Assembly (NCBI GenBank): GCA_021325135.1
Contig: JAJPHT010000029.1
Coordinates: 96,001-160,000 of the forward strand
Length of the DNA: 64,000 nucleotides
DNA from: Pseudomonadota bacterium
GTDB taxonomy: Archaea; Thermoplasmatota; SW-10-69-26; JACQPN01; JAJPHT01
Reading direction: 5' to 3'
The position numbers were made by a program, and so were the translations under genes. Positions 39,157-49,535 of the stretch are shown here, piece after piece (position 1 is the stretch's first letter; the number at the start of each line of letters is the position of its first letter). The notes beneath the pieces are model-generated. The model searched no databases. It saw nothing but the letters and a program-made list of their open reading frames with translations, and was not told where the DNA came from.

Positions 39157-40761
39157 TCAATCCTCGGGCGGGACGTACTCGATGACGTAGCGCGCGCGGC
39201 TGCGGCGCAGGGCGAGCCACACGCGCACGAGGACGAGGACGAGCAGGGCGAGGCCCGCCACGAGGAGGACGTAGGCGGCGGGGTTGGCGAGCACGAAGTC
39301 GTTGACCGCGCCCAGGACGCGGGCGGAGTGGAACTGCTCGCCGGCCTTCTCCACGTCGACGTTGGCCGCCGGGAGGGGCACCTGGAGCGCGATGCTCGCG
39401 CTGACGGGCGGCCCCTCCCGGAACGTCGCGCGGAACGTGACGACGTGGTTGCCCGGGGCCTGCTCCGCGTTGTCCAGCGTGGCGTGCCAGGACTCCGCGG
39501 GGGGGATGGCGACGGGCGCGCCGCCGTCCACCTGGTAGGTGAAGGTCACGGGCTCGCTCCAGCCGGGGCCCGTGGAGAGGATGCCCTGCACGGCGACGGG
39601 GCGCACCCACGGGTAGAGCGCGCCCGGCGAGGTCACGGTGAGGCTGGGCGGCCTGCCGAACGCGAAGGGGCTCACGTCCAGCGCGACGAGGCTCGTGCCG
39701 TTGGTGGTGTGGACGGCGAAGAACGCGGTGCGGTCCTGAAGGAAGGGAGTGCCCACCAGGGCCAGGTTGCCGCTCACGTGCGTGGCGGTGGAGGTGGTGA
39801 GGTTGCGCACGACGAGCTGGGAGTACGCGTCGTCGCGGCTCACCTGGAGCAGGTGGTCGCCCGAGACGGGGGTGGGCGCCGCGTCCTGGAGGTGGATCGT
39901 CGTCTCGGCCGCGCGGCCCGTCTGCGGGTCGTAGCGCGCCAGCGTCCAGGCCAGTTGGAGGTACTGGTCGAGGAAGTAGACGCCGTGCCCGTCGCTGAAG
40001 GGGGGCCCCTGGATCTCGGGGTCCGCGGTCACCTCGAAGGTGCCGTTGCCCTCCGGCGCGAGGTCGACGCCGCGCACGTCCCAGACGTTGAAGCGGAAGG
40101 AGCGGAAGAACACCTGGTCGCCCACCACGAGGGGGTCCTGGTCCTTGTCGGGGCTCTGGTAGACGGGGAACTCGGTGTCGTTGGAGAAGTCGTAGCCCCA
40201 GATGTCGGTGGTGCCGTTGCGGTCGTCCTCCCACGCCACCAGCGTGCCGTCGATGCTGGGGTTGCGGTGGTTGCCGGGGCCGCGGCTCACCTGGCGAAGC
40301 TGCCCCGTGGCGAGGTCGTAGCTCATGATCTGCGCCGTCTGGCGGGGGCGGTTCTCCTCCCACACGAGGGTCGTGCCGGAGATGGCGGGGTTGCGCTGGA
40401 TCGTGCTGGCGTTCCCCACGAAGTAGCCCGCGCCGGCGGGCACGTTGTACGCGAAGACGCGGCCGCTGGCGGCGTCCTCCCACGCGAGCCAGTCGCCGGA
40501 CCCCTTGATGGCGCGGGGGATCTGCGGGCCCAGCGGCGTCGCGGAGGACTGCCCGTAGAGCCACGCGCCCTGGAAGAACGACAGGTAGGGCACCGAGCCG
40601 GGGCCCGTGTAGCCCTGCGTGGGCGGCGCGAGGTCGGGCTGCGAGGGCGCGGGCGTCGGCGCGTTGGGGTGCCCGTCGGGGATGCCGCCGTGGGCCGCCA
40701 CGCTGGGCAGCACCAGGAGAAGCCCCACCAGGAGGCCCACCGCAAGCTCTCGGGACACCAC
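39157..40761 (-). CDS. Cell-surface beta-propeller protein with Ig-like domain and C-terminal TM anchor
   Basis: PAISG..LVWE, PSIDG.LVAWEDDRNG..DIW.YD repeats. Confidence 0.8.
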   Translation of the reverse strand: MVSRELAVGLLVGLLLVLPSVAAHGGIPDGHPNAPTPAPSQPDLAPPTQGYTGPGSVPYLSFFQGAWLYGQSSATPLGPQIPRAIKGSGDWLAWEDAASGRVFAYNVPAGAGYFVGNASTIQRNPAISGTTLVWEENRPRQTAQIMSYDLATGQLRQVSRGPGNHRNPSIDGTLVAWEDDRNGTTDIWGYDFSNDTEFPVYQSPDKDQDPLVVGDQVFFRSFRFNVWDVRGVDLAPEGNGTFEVTADPEIQGPPFSDGHGVYFLDQYLQLAWTLARYDPQTGRAAETTIHLQDAAPTPVSGDHLLQVSRDDAYSQLVVRNLTTSTATHVSGNLALVGTPFLQDRTAFFAVHTTNGTSLVALDVSPFAFGRPPSLTVTSPGALYPWVRPVAVQGILSTGPGWSEPVTFTYQVDGGAPVAIPPAESWHATLDNAEQAPGNHVVTFRATFREGPPVSASIALQVPLPAANVDVEKAGEQFHSARVLGAVNDFVLANPAAYVLLVAGLALLVLVLVRVWLALRRSRARYVIEYVPPED

Positions 40762-40842
40762 CGCGGCGGTCCCCCGATCCGGCTATAAGACTTGTTGTGC
40801 GGCTTTGGCGGGTCGGGGGAGGGGGGCCGCGCGGACTCAGGC

Positions 40843-41184
40843 TCAGTCGGCCCCGCACCAGAAGCTCGTGCCGGGGAGCAGGCCACTCGCGGTGCAGCTT
40901 CCCGAGGAGGCGACGGTCACCGTGTTCGCGCTCTGGGCGGAGCAGCCCGTGAGAATCGACGTGCAGGACGCGGAGGCGCCGCCGCAGGTCGCGGTGGCGG
41001 ATCCGAGGCCGTTGACGATGACGAAGACGTGCTGCCCGACCGAGCAGGAGAAGTTGCACGTCCCGCTGCCGTTGACCATGCAGCTTGAGGCCGCGTCGGC
41101 GGGAGACAAGGTCGCGACGACGCCGAGGGCAAGGATCAGGCCGATGACGGAGGCTCGAAGTTTCACCAGGGGGTTCACCCGCAC
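40843..41184 (-). CDS. Small secreted Cys/Ser-rich protein (8 Cys)
   Basis: Hydrophobic signal ending ADA; start uncertain. Confidence 0.65.
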   Translation of the reverse strand: MRVNPLVKLRASVIGLILALGVVATLSPADAASSCMVNGSGTCNFSCSVGQHVFVIVNGLGSATATCGGASASCTSILTGCSAQSANTVTVASSGSCTASGLLPGTSFWCGAD

Positions 41185-41317
41185 GAACAGTTGGTGATGC
41201 GTACTTATCCAGATCGGATCGAACCGGGTTGGCCTTTGTCCCTTCGGCGTCGCGCCTCAGCATGGACGCCGCTGGGTCCCCAACCCTTACGTTCCCCACC
41301 CAGGATGCCCGCGGCCG

Positions 41318-42310
41318 ATGAGCAAGACGGTGGCCGTGATCGGCGGGGACGGCATCGGCCCGGAGGTGGTGGACTCGGCCCTGGCGGCCCTGGACGCGCT
41401 GGACCTCGACCTGGGCTACCTGCACGCCAGCGCGGGGCTCGCGTGCCGGCAACGGCTGGGCGAGTACCTGCCGGAGGCCACGCTGGAGGCGGTGCGCGAG
41501 GCCGACGCCGTGCTCTTCGGGGCCATCACGAGCCCGCTGGACGACCGCAGCTACAAGAGCGTCGTCCTCGCGCTGCGGCAGGAGCTTGACGCCTACGCCA
41601 ACGTGCGCCCGGCCCGCGACCTGGGGCAGCCGTGCAAGGCGCCGGGGCTCGACCTCGTCCTCTTCCGCGAGAACACCGAGGGGCTCTACAACGCCCCCGA
41701 GGTGGAGGACGAGGAGGGCGTCACGACCATGAGGCGCATCACGCGGCGCGGCAGCGAGCGCGTCTCCCGCTTCGCCCTGGAGTGGTGCGTGCGACACGGG
41801 CGCAAGCGCCTCACCGTCGCCCACAAGGCCAACGTGCTGCGCCGGAGCGACGCCCTCTTCCGGCGCGTCTTCTTCGAGGAGGCCAAGGCCCACCCCTCGC
41901 TCAAGGCGGATGAGATCCTGCTGGACAACCTCGCGCTCCAGCTCGTGCTATCACCCTCGAAGCTTGACGCCATCGTGACCATGAACCTCTACGGGGACGT
42001 GATCAGCGACGAGATGGCGGGACTCGTGGGGGGCCTGGGCTTCGCGCCCTCGGGGAGCTACGGCCCGCGCGCCGCGCTCTTCGAGCCCGTCCACGGCAGC
42101 GCGCCCGACATCGCGGGCAAGGGCGTCGCGAACCCGTGCGGCGCCATCCTCAGCGCGGCGATGATGCTGGATTACCTGGGCCACGCGCCCGAGGCGCGCC
42201 GCGTGGAGGACGCCGTTCGCGCCGCGCTGCGCCAGGGCCGCACCCCCGACGCGGGCGGCACGCTGGGCACCGCCGGCTTCACGCGCCTCGTGGTGGAGAG
42301 CCTCGGATGA
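41318..42310 (+). CDS. Isocitrate/isopropylmalate (homoisocitrate) dehydrogenase family protein
   Basis: [44 protein letters not shown]. Confidence 0.93.
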   Translation: MSKTVAVIGGDGIGPEVVDSALAALDALDLDLGYLHASAGLACRQRLGEYLPEATLEAVREADAVLFGAITSPLDDRSYKSVVLALRQELDAYANVRPARDLGQPCKAPGLDLVLFRENTEGLYNAPEVEDEEGVTTMRRITRRGSERVSRFALEWCVRHGRKRLTVAHKANVLRRSDALFRRVFFEEAKAHPSLKADEILLDNLALQLVLSPSKLDAIVTMNLYGDVISDEMAGLVGGLGFAPSGSYGPRAALFEPVHGSAPDIAGKGVANPCGAILSAAMMLDYLGHAPEARRVEDAVRAALRQGRTPDAGGTLGTAGFTRLVVESLG

Positions 42311-42942
42311 GCCGCGCCGCCCTTCTCGTCCTGGTCATCCTCGCGCTCGCCGGCTGCGCCGACCTGCGCGGGCCGGGCGCCGACGCCAGGGTGGAGGTCG
42401 CCTCGTGGAGCCTCGTCGGTGGGCACCTCGTGGGCGAGATCGTGGACCGCGGCCCCGACAACGCCCGCGCCCTCCGCGTCGCGGCCGACTTCTACGACGC
42501 CCACGGCGCGCGCCTCGCCTCCGGCCTCGCCCCCGCGTGGCGCCAGGTCCTCCAGGAGAACGAGACGAGCCCCTTCGACCTGCCCGCCCCCGAGGGCGCC
42601 GTGAACGCCACGGTGCGCGCGCTGGGCGAGGCCACCCGAGCCCCCGCCTTCGAGAGGCAGCACCTGGAGCCGCGCGACGTGCGGACGACGCAGGCCGTGG
42701 GCTCGGACACGGTGGCCTTCCAGGGCACGGCCTACAACGCGGGGGACATCACCATCGTCGGCGTCGAGGCGCAGGTCACCTTCCGCGACGAGGCGGGCCG
42801 GGTCGTCGGCGTCGCGCGCGCCACCCCCGACGCCCCCGCGCTGCGCGCCGGCGAAGGCTCCCTCTTCCACGGCAACGCCACGCTGGCCGCGCCCTTCCTG
42901 CGCTACGACGTCGTGGTCGTCACGACGGGCGCGGCCTCCTGA
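42307..42942 (+). CDS. Lipoprotein with two FxLYD-like domains
   Basis: LAGC lipobox; ADFYDAHG and VTFRDEAG. Confidence 0.7.
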   Translation: MSRAALLVLVILALAGCADLRGPGADARVEVASWSLVGGHLVGEIVDRGPDNARALRVAADFYDAHGARLASGLAPAWRQVLQENETSPFDLPAPEGAVNATVRALGEATRAPAFERQHLEPRDVRTTQAVGSDTVAFQGTAYNAGDITIVGVEAQVTFRDEAGRVVGVARATPDAPALRAGEGSLFHGNATLAAPFLRYDVVVVTTGAAS

Positions 42943-43063
42943 AGCGGCCCGGCACGTCGTCCTCGCCTGCCTGTGATCGATCCTGCCCGTCGCGTCCTTG
43001 GCCTCCGCCGGCCCCGGCCCCGACAAGGCCGCTGACGCCGCCCCAACGCCCTCCGGCGGCGCC

Positions 43064-43414
43064 TCAGAGGGCCTTCTCCAGGAGCGCCGCCACTTCCTTC
43101 TCCAGAAGGGAGCCGATCTCCTTGCCCAATTGGTCGCGCAGGTCTGTGGGCATCATCTGGACGCCCAGCTTCGCGCTGGCCTTCACGAACTTCAAGGACG
43201 CATACGCCTCGTTGACCTTCGCCTCGAAGTAGAGCCGCACCGCGTCCTTCAGCTCCTCCTTGAGCTCCGGGTTGCGGTCCAGCTCGTCGCGCATCTTGCG
43301 CTTGATCTCGTCCTTGAGCAGGTCGCGCAGCGCATCGACGATTAGCTCCTCGTTCCCCAGGAGGTCCGTGCCCCCGCGGAGCATCTGGCTGACGAGGTTG
43401 TCCTGGGCGGGCAT
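43064..43414 (-). CDS. Hypothetical helical protein
   Basis: 116 aa from MPAQDNL; codon usage typical for the genome. Confidence 0.75.
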   Translation of the reverse strand: MPAQDNLVSQMLRGGTDLLGNEELIVDALRDLLKDEIKRKMRDELDRNPELKEELKDAVRLYFEAKVNEAYASLKFVKASAKLGVQMMPTDLRDQLGKEIGSLLEKEVAALLEKAL

Positions 43415-43450
43415 GCGGCGGCGACCGCGCGGGGCGGGCTTGAAGGTTCG

Positions 43451-43556
43451 TGCCAGGTGGCGCCAGGTGGGGGCAGGTGCGGCCGGGCGGGAGCAGGTGG
43501 GCACGGGCGTGCACGCCCGGCCCCGCCCGTGCGCACCCGTGCAGACCCGTGCACGC
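43451..43556. promoter_or_regulatory. 10-bp-phased repeat array in a divergent spacer
   Basis: CAGGTG at 43454, 43464, 43474, 43494; CCCGTGC at 43526, 43536, 43546; central GGGCGTGCACGCCC palindrome. Confidence 0.5.
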
Positions 43557-43629
43557 CCCGCCCCCACCACGAGCATCATACAGAGGTGTGCGGCAAGGGT
43601 TATATTCCCCAGGAGGAGCCGACCTGCTC

Positions 43630-44085
43630 GTGCCCGAGAACGCCCCGAACCTGCCCGCCGGTCCGACCGAGTCCCCCGGCCAGGCGCTGCGCGCCTGGGG
43701 CCGCTCGCACCCGACGCTCTCCGCGCTGCGGACGCTCCTGCCCAGCTACCCCGCGGAGCGCGAGCCGGGGCTGGCGGCGGGGCTCTACGTGGACCACCTG
43801 CGCACGCCCTGGGTGGCGGTGCGGGGGGAGATCCGCGTGTCGCTGGCGCGCCTCATCGCGGTGACGCCCGAGGGCAAGCACCAGCTCGTGGGGCAGGTGC
43901 AGGTCACGGCCTCCGAGCTTGACCTCGTGGGCAGCATGACCCTTCGTTTCTACCTCCACCAGCCCGCCGGCGTCATCGCCAAGGAGGTCGCGGAGGAGGG
44001 CGAGTGGTGGATGCGCGTGCTTGACGCGCACTACGCGCTGGGCGGAGAGCCCATCGTGTCGGCGCCCTTGGGCGTCAGCGCCTGA
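43630..44085 (+). CDS. Hypothetical protein
   Basis: GTG start about 25 bp after a TTATAT box; coding-like composition. Confidence 0.6.
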   Translation: MPENAPNLPAGPTESPGQALRAWGRSHPTLSALRTLLPSYPAEREPGLAAGLYVDHLRTPWVAVRGEIRVSLARLIAVTPEGKHQLVGQVQVTASELDLVGSMTLRFYLHQPAGVIAKEVAEEGEWWMRVLDAHYALGGEPIVSAPLGVSA

Positions 44086-44133
44086 TCCGCCAAAGGTTGA
44101 TGCGCGGGCGTCTCCTGGCCCGCCACGAGCGGC

Positions 44134-44346
44134 ATGGCCGACGTCCAGCTTCCTTCCGGCACGATCCCCCTGGCGCAGTGGGAGCGCATCCAGCAGGCGG
44201 TGCTCAACCGGGGCGACGTGGAGGAGTTCGCCTTCGTCACGCTCTACCCCGAGGTGGGCGAGCCCGGCGAGGTGGAGGAGGAGCTTCGGCGCCTCAAGGA
44301 GTGGCTCCACGACGAGGGGCTGCTGGACATGGCCTTCTGGAAGTGA
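44134..44346 (+). CDS. Small acidic hypothetical protein
   Basis: 70-aa ORF with codon usage typical for the genome. Confidence 0.6.
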   Translation: MADVQLPSGTIPLAQWERIQQAVLNRGDVEEFAFVTLYPEVGEPGEVEEELRRLKEWLHDEGLLDMAFWK

Positions 44347-44350
44347 GCGC

Positions 44351-44902
44351 GTGGACGCGGCAGCCACCCTGGGCGTCGCGCTGGGCGCGGCGGGCCTTCT
44401 CACGAGCGGCTTCTCGCTGGTGTACTTCCGGATGCAGGCGGACGCGGCGCGGCGCCAGGCGGACGAGGCGCGCCGGCAGACGGAGGGCGCGACGCGGCTC
44501 GCGATGATGGAGAGCAACCTCCACATGTACGCGCGCTTCCGCGAGACGCGCAACAACTTCCTGGAGTACCCCAACCTGGAGCGCGAGTGGCGCTCGACGC
44601 ACCCGGCGTTCAACGAGATGTTCGACGCGTGCGGCGGGCTGGACAACTTCATCGCGGTGCGCGACGCCATGGACACCATGCAGGACGTCTACTTCCTGCG
44701 CAAGGACGGCGTCGTGACGGACCACTACTGGCACGTCTGGACGCGGACGTTCTTCCGCTTCTACTCCAAGATGCCCACGTTCCTGCGCGTCTTCGAGTTC
44801 GCGGCGAAGGAGGGGCTTCTGCACCCCGAGTTCGTGGCCTTCTATCGCCCCATCCTTGCGGGCCAGCCGTTGGGCGACCCTTGGAAGAAGGCCGGGGCCT
44901 AG
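44351..44902 (+). CDS. Membrane-anchored hypothetical protein (DUF4760-like layout)
   Basis: N-terminal TM helix, coiled coil, helical domain. Confidence 0.6.
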   Translation: MDAAATLGVALGAAGLLTSGFSLVYFRMQADAARRQADEARRQTEGATRLAMMESNLHMYARFRETRNNFLEYPNLEREWRSTHPAFNEMFDACGGLDNFIAVRDAMDTMQDVYFLRKDGVVTDHYWHVWTRTFFRFYSKMPTFLRVFEFAAKEGLLHPEFVAFYRPILAGQPLGDPWKKAGA

Positions 44903-45324
44903 AGCGGCACGGGCGGAGCCTGCCACCCCGAGGCGTTCCACCACGACCAGTCGCGGCGGCGGCATGCGTCGACGTAGAGGAGCGCCAGCGCGTCGAGCCA
45001 CGAACCGGGGTCGTCGAGCCCCAGGCGCGCGGCGCCTTCGGGGTGCGTCCGCAGGGCGTAGAGCCCTTCGGCCATCTGGCGCTTGAAGCCCTCCTCCTTG
45101 CCGCGCGTGGCATTCTCTAGCGCGGCCGCGACGAGGATCATCCCCTTGAGGTAGGCCGCGGCGTCGGCGTCGCCCGCGGCGCGCAGCGCGTGCCACGCGC
45201 CTTCCCACGCCTCGTGGGCGTGCCAGAAGCGGCGCGCCGCGAACTCGCGCGCGCCTTCTGATAGCATCTCCGGCACGTCCGCGAGGGGGCGCGCCTCCTT
45301 GCGCGGGTCAGGCCCCTTGGGCAT
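44899..45324 (-). CDS. DUF309 family protein
   Basis: FWHAHEAWE..W, YLKGMI. Confidence 0.85.
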   Translation of the reverse strand: MPKGPDPRKEARPLADVPEMLSEGAREFAARRFWHAHEAWEGAWHALRAAGDADAAAYLKGMILVAAALENATRGKEEGFKRQMAEGLYALRTHPEGAARLGLDDPGSWLDALALLYVDACRRRDWSWWNASGWQAPPVPL

Positions 45325-46555
45325 CGGCCAGGCTCACCTCCTTGGGGCGCGCGTGGGCCGCGACCGTGACGCCCAGGAGAGCGCCCAGCACCGCAACGGC
45401 GGCGCCCGCGGGGAACATGGCGCCGCCCCAGGCCGCGAGGAGCGGGCCGCCCGCCAGCGCGCCCAAGGCCCAGCCGAGGTTCCACGCCATGCTGGCGAAC
45501 CCCTGCGCGAAGCCGCGGCCGGCGGGGTCGACGCGGCCCATCATCATGACGTTGGCCAGGGGCGAGAGCGTGCTGGCGAAGACGTAGCGCAGCACGAAGG
45601 CCGCCATGAGGAGCGCGACGGGCGCGGGGAGCGCGAAGGGGACGAGGCAGAGGGCGGTGAGCGCCTGCCCCGCGACGAGGAGGGGCGCCGCCTGATATCG
45701 CGCCGCGAGCCGGCCCGCGAGCCAGAAGCCCAGGGCGCCCGCGGCGGTGGCCAGCGCGAGCGCGACGCCCCACTGGTCGGTGGGCGTGGCGAGGCCGTTG
45801 AGGAAATGGACGGCGAAGTAGGGCGTCGTCGCGCCGAAGGAGAAGCCCACGAAGACGTAGAGCGCCGCGACGGGCACGACGGCGGGATCGACGCGGCCGC
45901 GGGCCCCTGCGAGCCTCGCGCGGCTCGTGGGGATGCGCGCCTGCGGAAGGCCCAGGGAGAGAAGGAGCCCCGCCAGCGCCACCGCGGCGAAGAGGACGGC
46001 GTTCCACCGCAGCGCGGTCGCCTCGTCGGGCGCCATCGCGAAGACCTGCGCCGCGGCGAGGGGGCCCAGCGCGCTGGCGAGGACGGAGAGCGCGCCCGTG
46101 ACGCCGTACCCCTTGGCCATGCTGGCGCCGCTGAGGAGGTCCGCCACGTAGGAGTTGAACGGGATGGCGAGGAACGCGAGGCCCGTTCCTGATAGCACGC
46201 TCGCGAGCACGGTCGCGCCGAGGCTGGGCGGCGCGAGGAGCGGCGCGTAGGAGACGGCCAGCAGCGCGAGCCCCACGCGCATGATCCAGCGGCGCGGGAC
46301 GCGGTCCGCCAGCATGCCGGCGGGGACGACGGTGAGCATGGTCGCTCCCGCGCTGGCGGCGAAGGCCCACGCGTCGCGCCCCGCGACGCCCGCCGCGCGC
46401 AGGTTCACGGGCGCGAAGTAGAAGAGCCAGGTGCTTTGCGCGATGACGCCCAGCACGTAGGCCGCCGTCGCGACGCGCAACGCCCGCGCCGTGCCCCCGC
46501 TGCCGCCGCCGCGAAGGCGCGTGATCGCGCTCCCCAGCCACGCGCCCGCGTTCAT
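45308..46555 (-). CDS. MFS transporter
   Basis: GMLADRVPRR motif A; about 12 TM helices. Confidence 0.88.
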   Translation of the reverse strand: MNAGAWLGSAITRLRGGGSGGTARALRVATAAYVLGVIAQSTWLFYFAPVNLRAAGVAGRDAWAFAASAGATMLTVVPAGMLADRVPRRWIMRVGLALLAVSYAPLLAPPSLGATVLASVLSGTGLAFLAIPFNSYVADLLSGASMAKGYGVTGALSVLASALGPLAAAQVFAMAPDEATALRWNAVLFAAVALAGLLLSLGLPQARIPTSRARLAGARGRVDPAVVPVAALYVFVGFSFGATTPYFAVHFLNGLATPTDQWGVALALATAAGALGFWLAGRLAARYQAAPLLVAGQALTALCLVPFALPAPVALLMAAFVLRYVFASTLSPLANVMMMGRVDPAGRGFAQGFASMAWNLGWALGALAGGPLLAAWGGAMFPAGAAVAVLGALLGVTVAAHARPKEVSLADAQGA

Positions 46556-47361
46556 CCCGCCAGCAGCTCCGCGATGGCCGCCCGCTCCTTCTCGTCGTAC
46601 CAGCGGCCTTCTGCGCCCACGGCGGCGTTCTCGCGCAGGTGCTCCGGGCTCGACGTGGCGGGGATGACGCTGGAGACGCGCGGGTCGCTGAGGATCCACC
46701 GCAGGCAGACCTGGGCCCAGGTGGTGATATCATCCTCGGCGAAGGGCCGCCACGCCTCCTCCGGGGGCGCCCTGCGCGCGAGGACGCCCGTGCCCAGGGG
46801 CTCCATGACGAGGACGCCCAGGCCCAGCTTGTCCGCCAGGGGGAGGATCTTCTGCTCGACGCTGCGGTCGATGAGGTTGTAGGGCACCTGGATCATGTCG
46901 AGGCGCCCCGAGCGCATGAGCCCCTCCAGCTCGTCGAACGCCGCGGGGTTGTAGTGGGTGGCGCCGATGGCGCGCACCTCGTCGCGCTTCTTGCGCGTCT
47001 CCAGCTCCTTGAGGTGCTCCTGCCAGAGGCGGAGGTTGTGCACCTGGTAGATCTCGACGACGCCGCCGTAGAGGTCCAGCGCGTGGGCGATCTGGCGGCG
47101 CCCCTCCTCGGCGCTGGAGGCCCAGACCTTCGTCGCGACGATGGCCTCCTCGCGGTCGTGGCGCAGGCAGTCGGCCAGCACCTCCTCGGCGCGCCCGTAC
47201 ATGGGGCTGCTGTCGTAGAGCGAGACGCCCAGGTCCAGCGCCTCGCGCACGAGCCGCCGCCTCGCGTTGCGCGCCGCGCCCTCCACGTCGAAGGTCTTCC
47301 ACGTGCCCATGCCCACGACGGGGACGTGGATGCCGCTGCGCCCCAGGGGTCGCTCCTGCAC
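46552..47361 (-). CDS. Aldo/keto reductase
   Basis: GMGTW, DSSPMYG, ATK, IPATS. Confidence 0.92.
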   Translation of the reverse strand: MQERPLGRSGIHVPVVGMGTWKTFDVEGAARNARRRLVREALDLGVSLYDSSPMYGRAEEVLADCLRHDREEAIVATKVWASSAEEGRRQIAHALDLYGGVVEIYQVHNLRLWQEHLKELETRKKRDEVRAIGATHYNPAAFDELEGLMRSGRLDMIQVPYNLIDRSVEQKILPLADKLGLGVLVMEPLGTGVLARRAPPEEAWRPFAEDDITTWAQVCLRWILSDPRVSSVIPATSSPEHLRENAAVGAEGRWYDEKERAAIAELLAG

Positions 47362-47505
47362 GCGCGGCTAGGGAAACGCGTCCGCTTGACGGTTTTGCCT
47401 TCGCGGGTCCCTCGGCTTGCGCCCTTGGGCCGCCCGGCGCCCGGGGTTGGCCGTCACGCTTCGGGGGAGGAGAATGGGTTCAGGACGCAATGCATAGAGG
47501 AAGGC

Positions 47506-48081
47506 CTACGTCAGCGCGAAGTCGCGGCCGTGGCCTACGTCGGGGGCCTGGTCGCGCCACCAGAGGGGGCCGCCGCCGCTCCTCGCGTTGGGGTCGGTCG
47601 TCGCGATGGAGAGAAGGCTGCCCGCCATTGTGTTCTTGAGGAGTGTGCACGAGTGAGAAGCGAAGGCCGAGCGCGGGATGTCGACGTGGATCAGATTGCC
47701 ATCGACTGTGACCGGCACATGGGCGTCCCAGAAGCTCATGCCTCCGAACGTGGCCCCTGGAATGGAGCTGACCTGGGCGTGGATATCGAGAAGCTGGGTG
47801 CCACAGGAGAAAGCGACGCCAAACGTCAAGTCCTCGTTGGCCTCGATGCGGTGCGTTCCGTCGGCGACCTGCCAGGTCACCCCCACGGTCGTGTCGTTGG
47901 AACCAAACCATGCCGCCACGAGGTCGATCTCAGGGGCGCCCAGCGTCGTGTCCCCGCGCAACGCCCCGTAGGCCGCATCCAAGAAGGGTGGGCTGTCCAC
48001 GATCTCGGGGTCAGCCTGCGTGCCCGCATGAACGAGAGGCAGGACGAGGAGCAGCGCGAGGACGACGACCGGGAGGCGCAT
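47506..48081 (-). CDS. Secreted hypothetical protein
   Basis: Signal peptide followed by GTQADPEIVD; lower GC. Confidence 0.65.
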   Translation of the reverse strand: MRLPVVVLALLLVLPLVHAGTQADPEIVDSPPFLDAAYGALRGDTTLGAPEIDLVAAWFGSNDTTVGVTWQVADGTHRIEANEDLTFGVAFSCGTQLLDIHAQVSSIPGATFGGMSFWDAHVPVTVDGNLIHVDIPRSAFASHSCTLLKNTMAGSLLSIATTDPNARSGGGPLWWRDQAPDVGHGRDFALT

Positions 48082-48087
48082 GGGGTT

Positions 48088-48846
48088 TCACTCGCAGAGG
48101 GTCACGACGGTGCGCCCATGCGGGAGGCCGTCAACCACCATGGTGGTCGTCACGGTCAGGGGAAGGCCTTGCGAGTGCGCATAGCGGCAGAGGTCAGACC
48201 AGTCTCCGTAGTTCCAGGTCGTCTTGAGATACGTCACGGACGTGGCGCCCGTCTTGGCCGCGAGCGGCTGAAGCTCGGGCACCGGCAGGAAGGGCGAGTC
48301 GGCGCAACCCTTGGGGAAGGCGTGCGTCTCGCTGGGCACGTCGCCGTAGAAGCCTGCCGCGGGCGTGTAGTCGACCTCCAGCTTGACGTCGTGGCACCCC
48401 GTGAGCGCCACGCGCACGCCGTCGCAGAGGAAGGCCCCGCAGGTGGATTCCTGCACGAGGCAGGGAGATTCGTCGACAGGAACGGTGGAGAAGCACTCGC
48501 CGCCATGGTCAGGCGCGGTCGCCGTCTGGAGTTCAACGTACCCCTCGGATTCGAGTCCAAGGCCGACGGGCTCGTAGCCTGCGCCCGTCGCCTTAAAGAC
48601 AACGCCAGTCGCGGGGTCCAGGAACTCGTCGTCCGGGATGGGCACTGTGCCCGCGCGGCCCGGTTGTGTACCCTCCAGGCAGCGCGTGGGCGTCGCGGAG
48701 GCCGCAGCGTGGGGCGTCACGCTCTGGTCCAGGTAGGACAGGCAAGGCGAATAGACGAGCGCGGCCTGAGCGGGCAACGCGAGGCCACCCAAGGCGGAGA
48801 GAACCAGGAGGGCAGCCACGAACCGAGACAGGATATGGGAAGTCAT
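48088..48846 (-). CDS. Secreted Cys-containing hypothetical protein
   Basis: MTSHILSRFVAALLVLSALGGLALPAQA signal peptide; lower GC. Confidence 0.6.
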   Translation of the reverse strand: MTSHILSRFVAALLVLSALGGLALPAQAALVYSPCLSYLDQSVTPHAAASATPTRCLEGTQPGRAGTVPIPDDEFLDPATGVVFKATGAGYEPVGLGLESEGYVELQTATAPDHGGECFSTVPVDESPCLVQESTCGAFLCDGVRVALTGCHDVKLEVDYTPAAGFYGDVPSETHAFPKGCADSPFLPVPELQPLAAKTGATSVTYLKTTWNYGDWSDLCRYAHSQGLPLTVTTTMVVDGLPHGRTVVTLCE

Positions 48847-49014
48847 CAAGGTTTCACCGGTCACTGAAGGGAGGGACAAACGGCCCCCCGCTGACCTAAC
48901 AACGCCCGTGGTGATAACAGTAACGGCATTTCTTGGAGGCTTCGAGTGAAATTCGTGGGGGCAGAAGCGCCCGCAGAGAGGGCCTCCAGGTTTGACGCTC
49001 ACTCACGACGGGAG

Positions 49015-49482
49015 CTATCGTCCGCCCTGCCGCCGCCCCTTCTCGCGGTTCTTCTCGCGGCTCTCCTTCGCACGGGCGTCGCCCAGCACGTCGGTGATCT
49101 TCTGCTGGAGGCTGGGCTCCGCGCGGTCGAAGGCGGTGCGGCGGATGCCGGTGGGGACGCCGCTCTGGTCCATGCCGCGCCACGGAGCGGTCGCGCCGCG
49201 GGCCAGCTCGCCCTGCCGGCGCTCGCGCAGCGCGCGCTCCTCCTCCAGCTTCGCCTTGCGCTCCTCCATGCGGAGCCTGCGCGCGCGCTCGGCCTCGGCC
49301 GCCGCGGGCGTGGCGGGCGCGGGCGGCGGCGCCGGCTTCGGCGCGGGCTTGGGCTTTGGGGGCAGGCTGCTCTTGGGCGGCGCGGGGGGCTTCGCGGGCG
49401 CGGGGTTGCCGCCGCCCACCGCGTAGGCGATGCGCGCCAGGGCGTCGAGGCTCGCCTGCTTCTCCTTCTCGCGCCGGCTCAT
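49015..49482 (-). CDS. Hypothetical Pro-rich, charged protein
   Basis: ORF composition and codon usage. Confidence 0.55.
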   Translation of the reverse strand: MSRREKEKQASLDALARIAYAVGGGNPAPAKPPAPPKSSLPPKPKPAPKPAPPPAPATPAAAEAERARRLRMEERKAKLEEERALRERRQGELARGATAPWRGMDQSGVPTGIRRTAFDRAEPSLQQKITDVLGDARAKESREKNREKGRRQGGR

Positions 49483-49535
49483 GGCCGCCACTCGTTCGCG
49501 ACCGGCTTCAAGCTTCGCGCGCCCTTTTCCCCTCC

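Noticed and set aside
41318-42310. Specific symbol leuB, aksF or icd
   Set aside because: The family is clear, but substrate specificity cannot be assigned by eye and there is no pathway context.
47400-49000. Mobile element at the lower-GC secreted-protein pair
   Set aside because: No transposase, integrase or terminal repeats seen; only a compositional hint.
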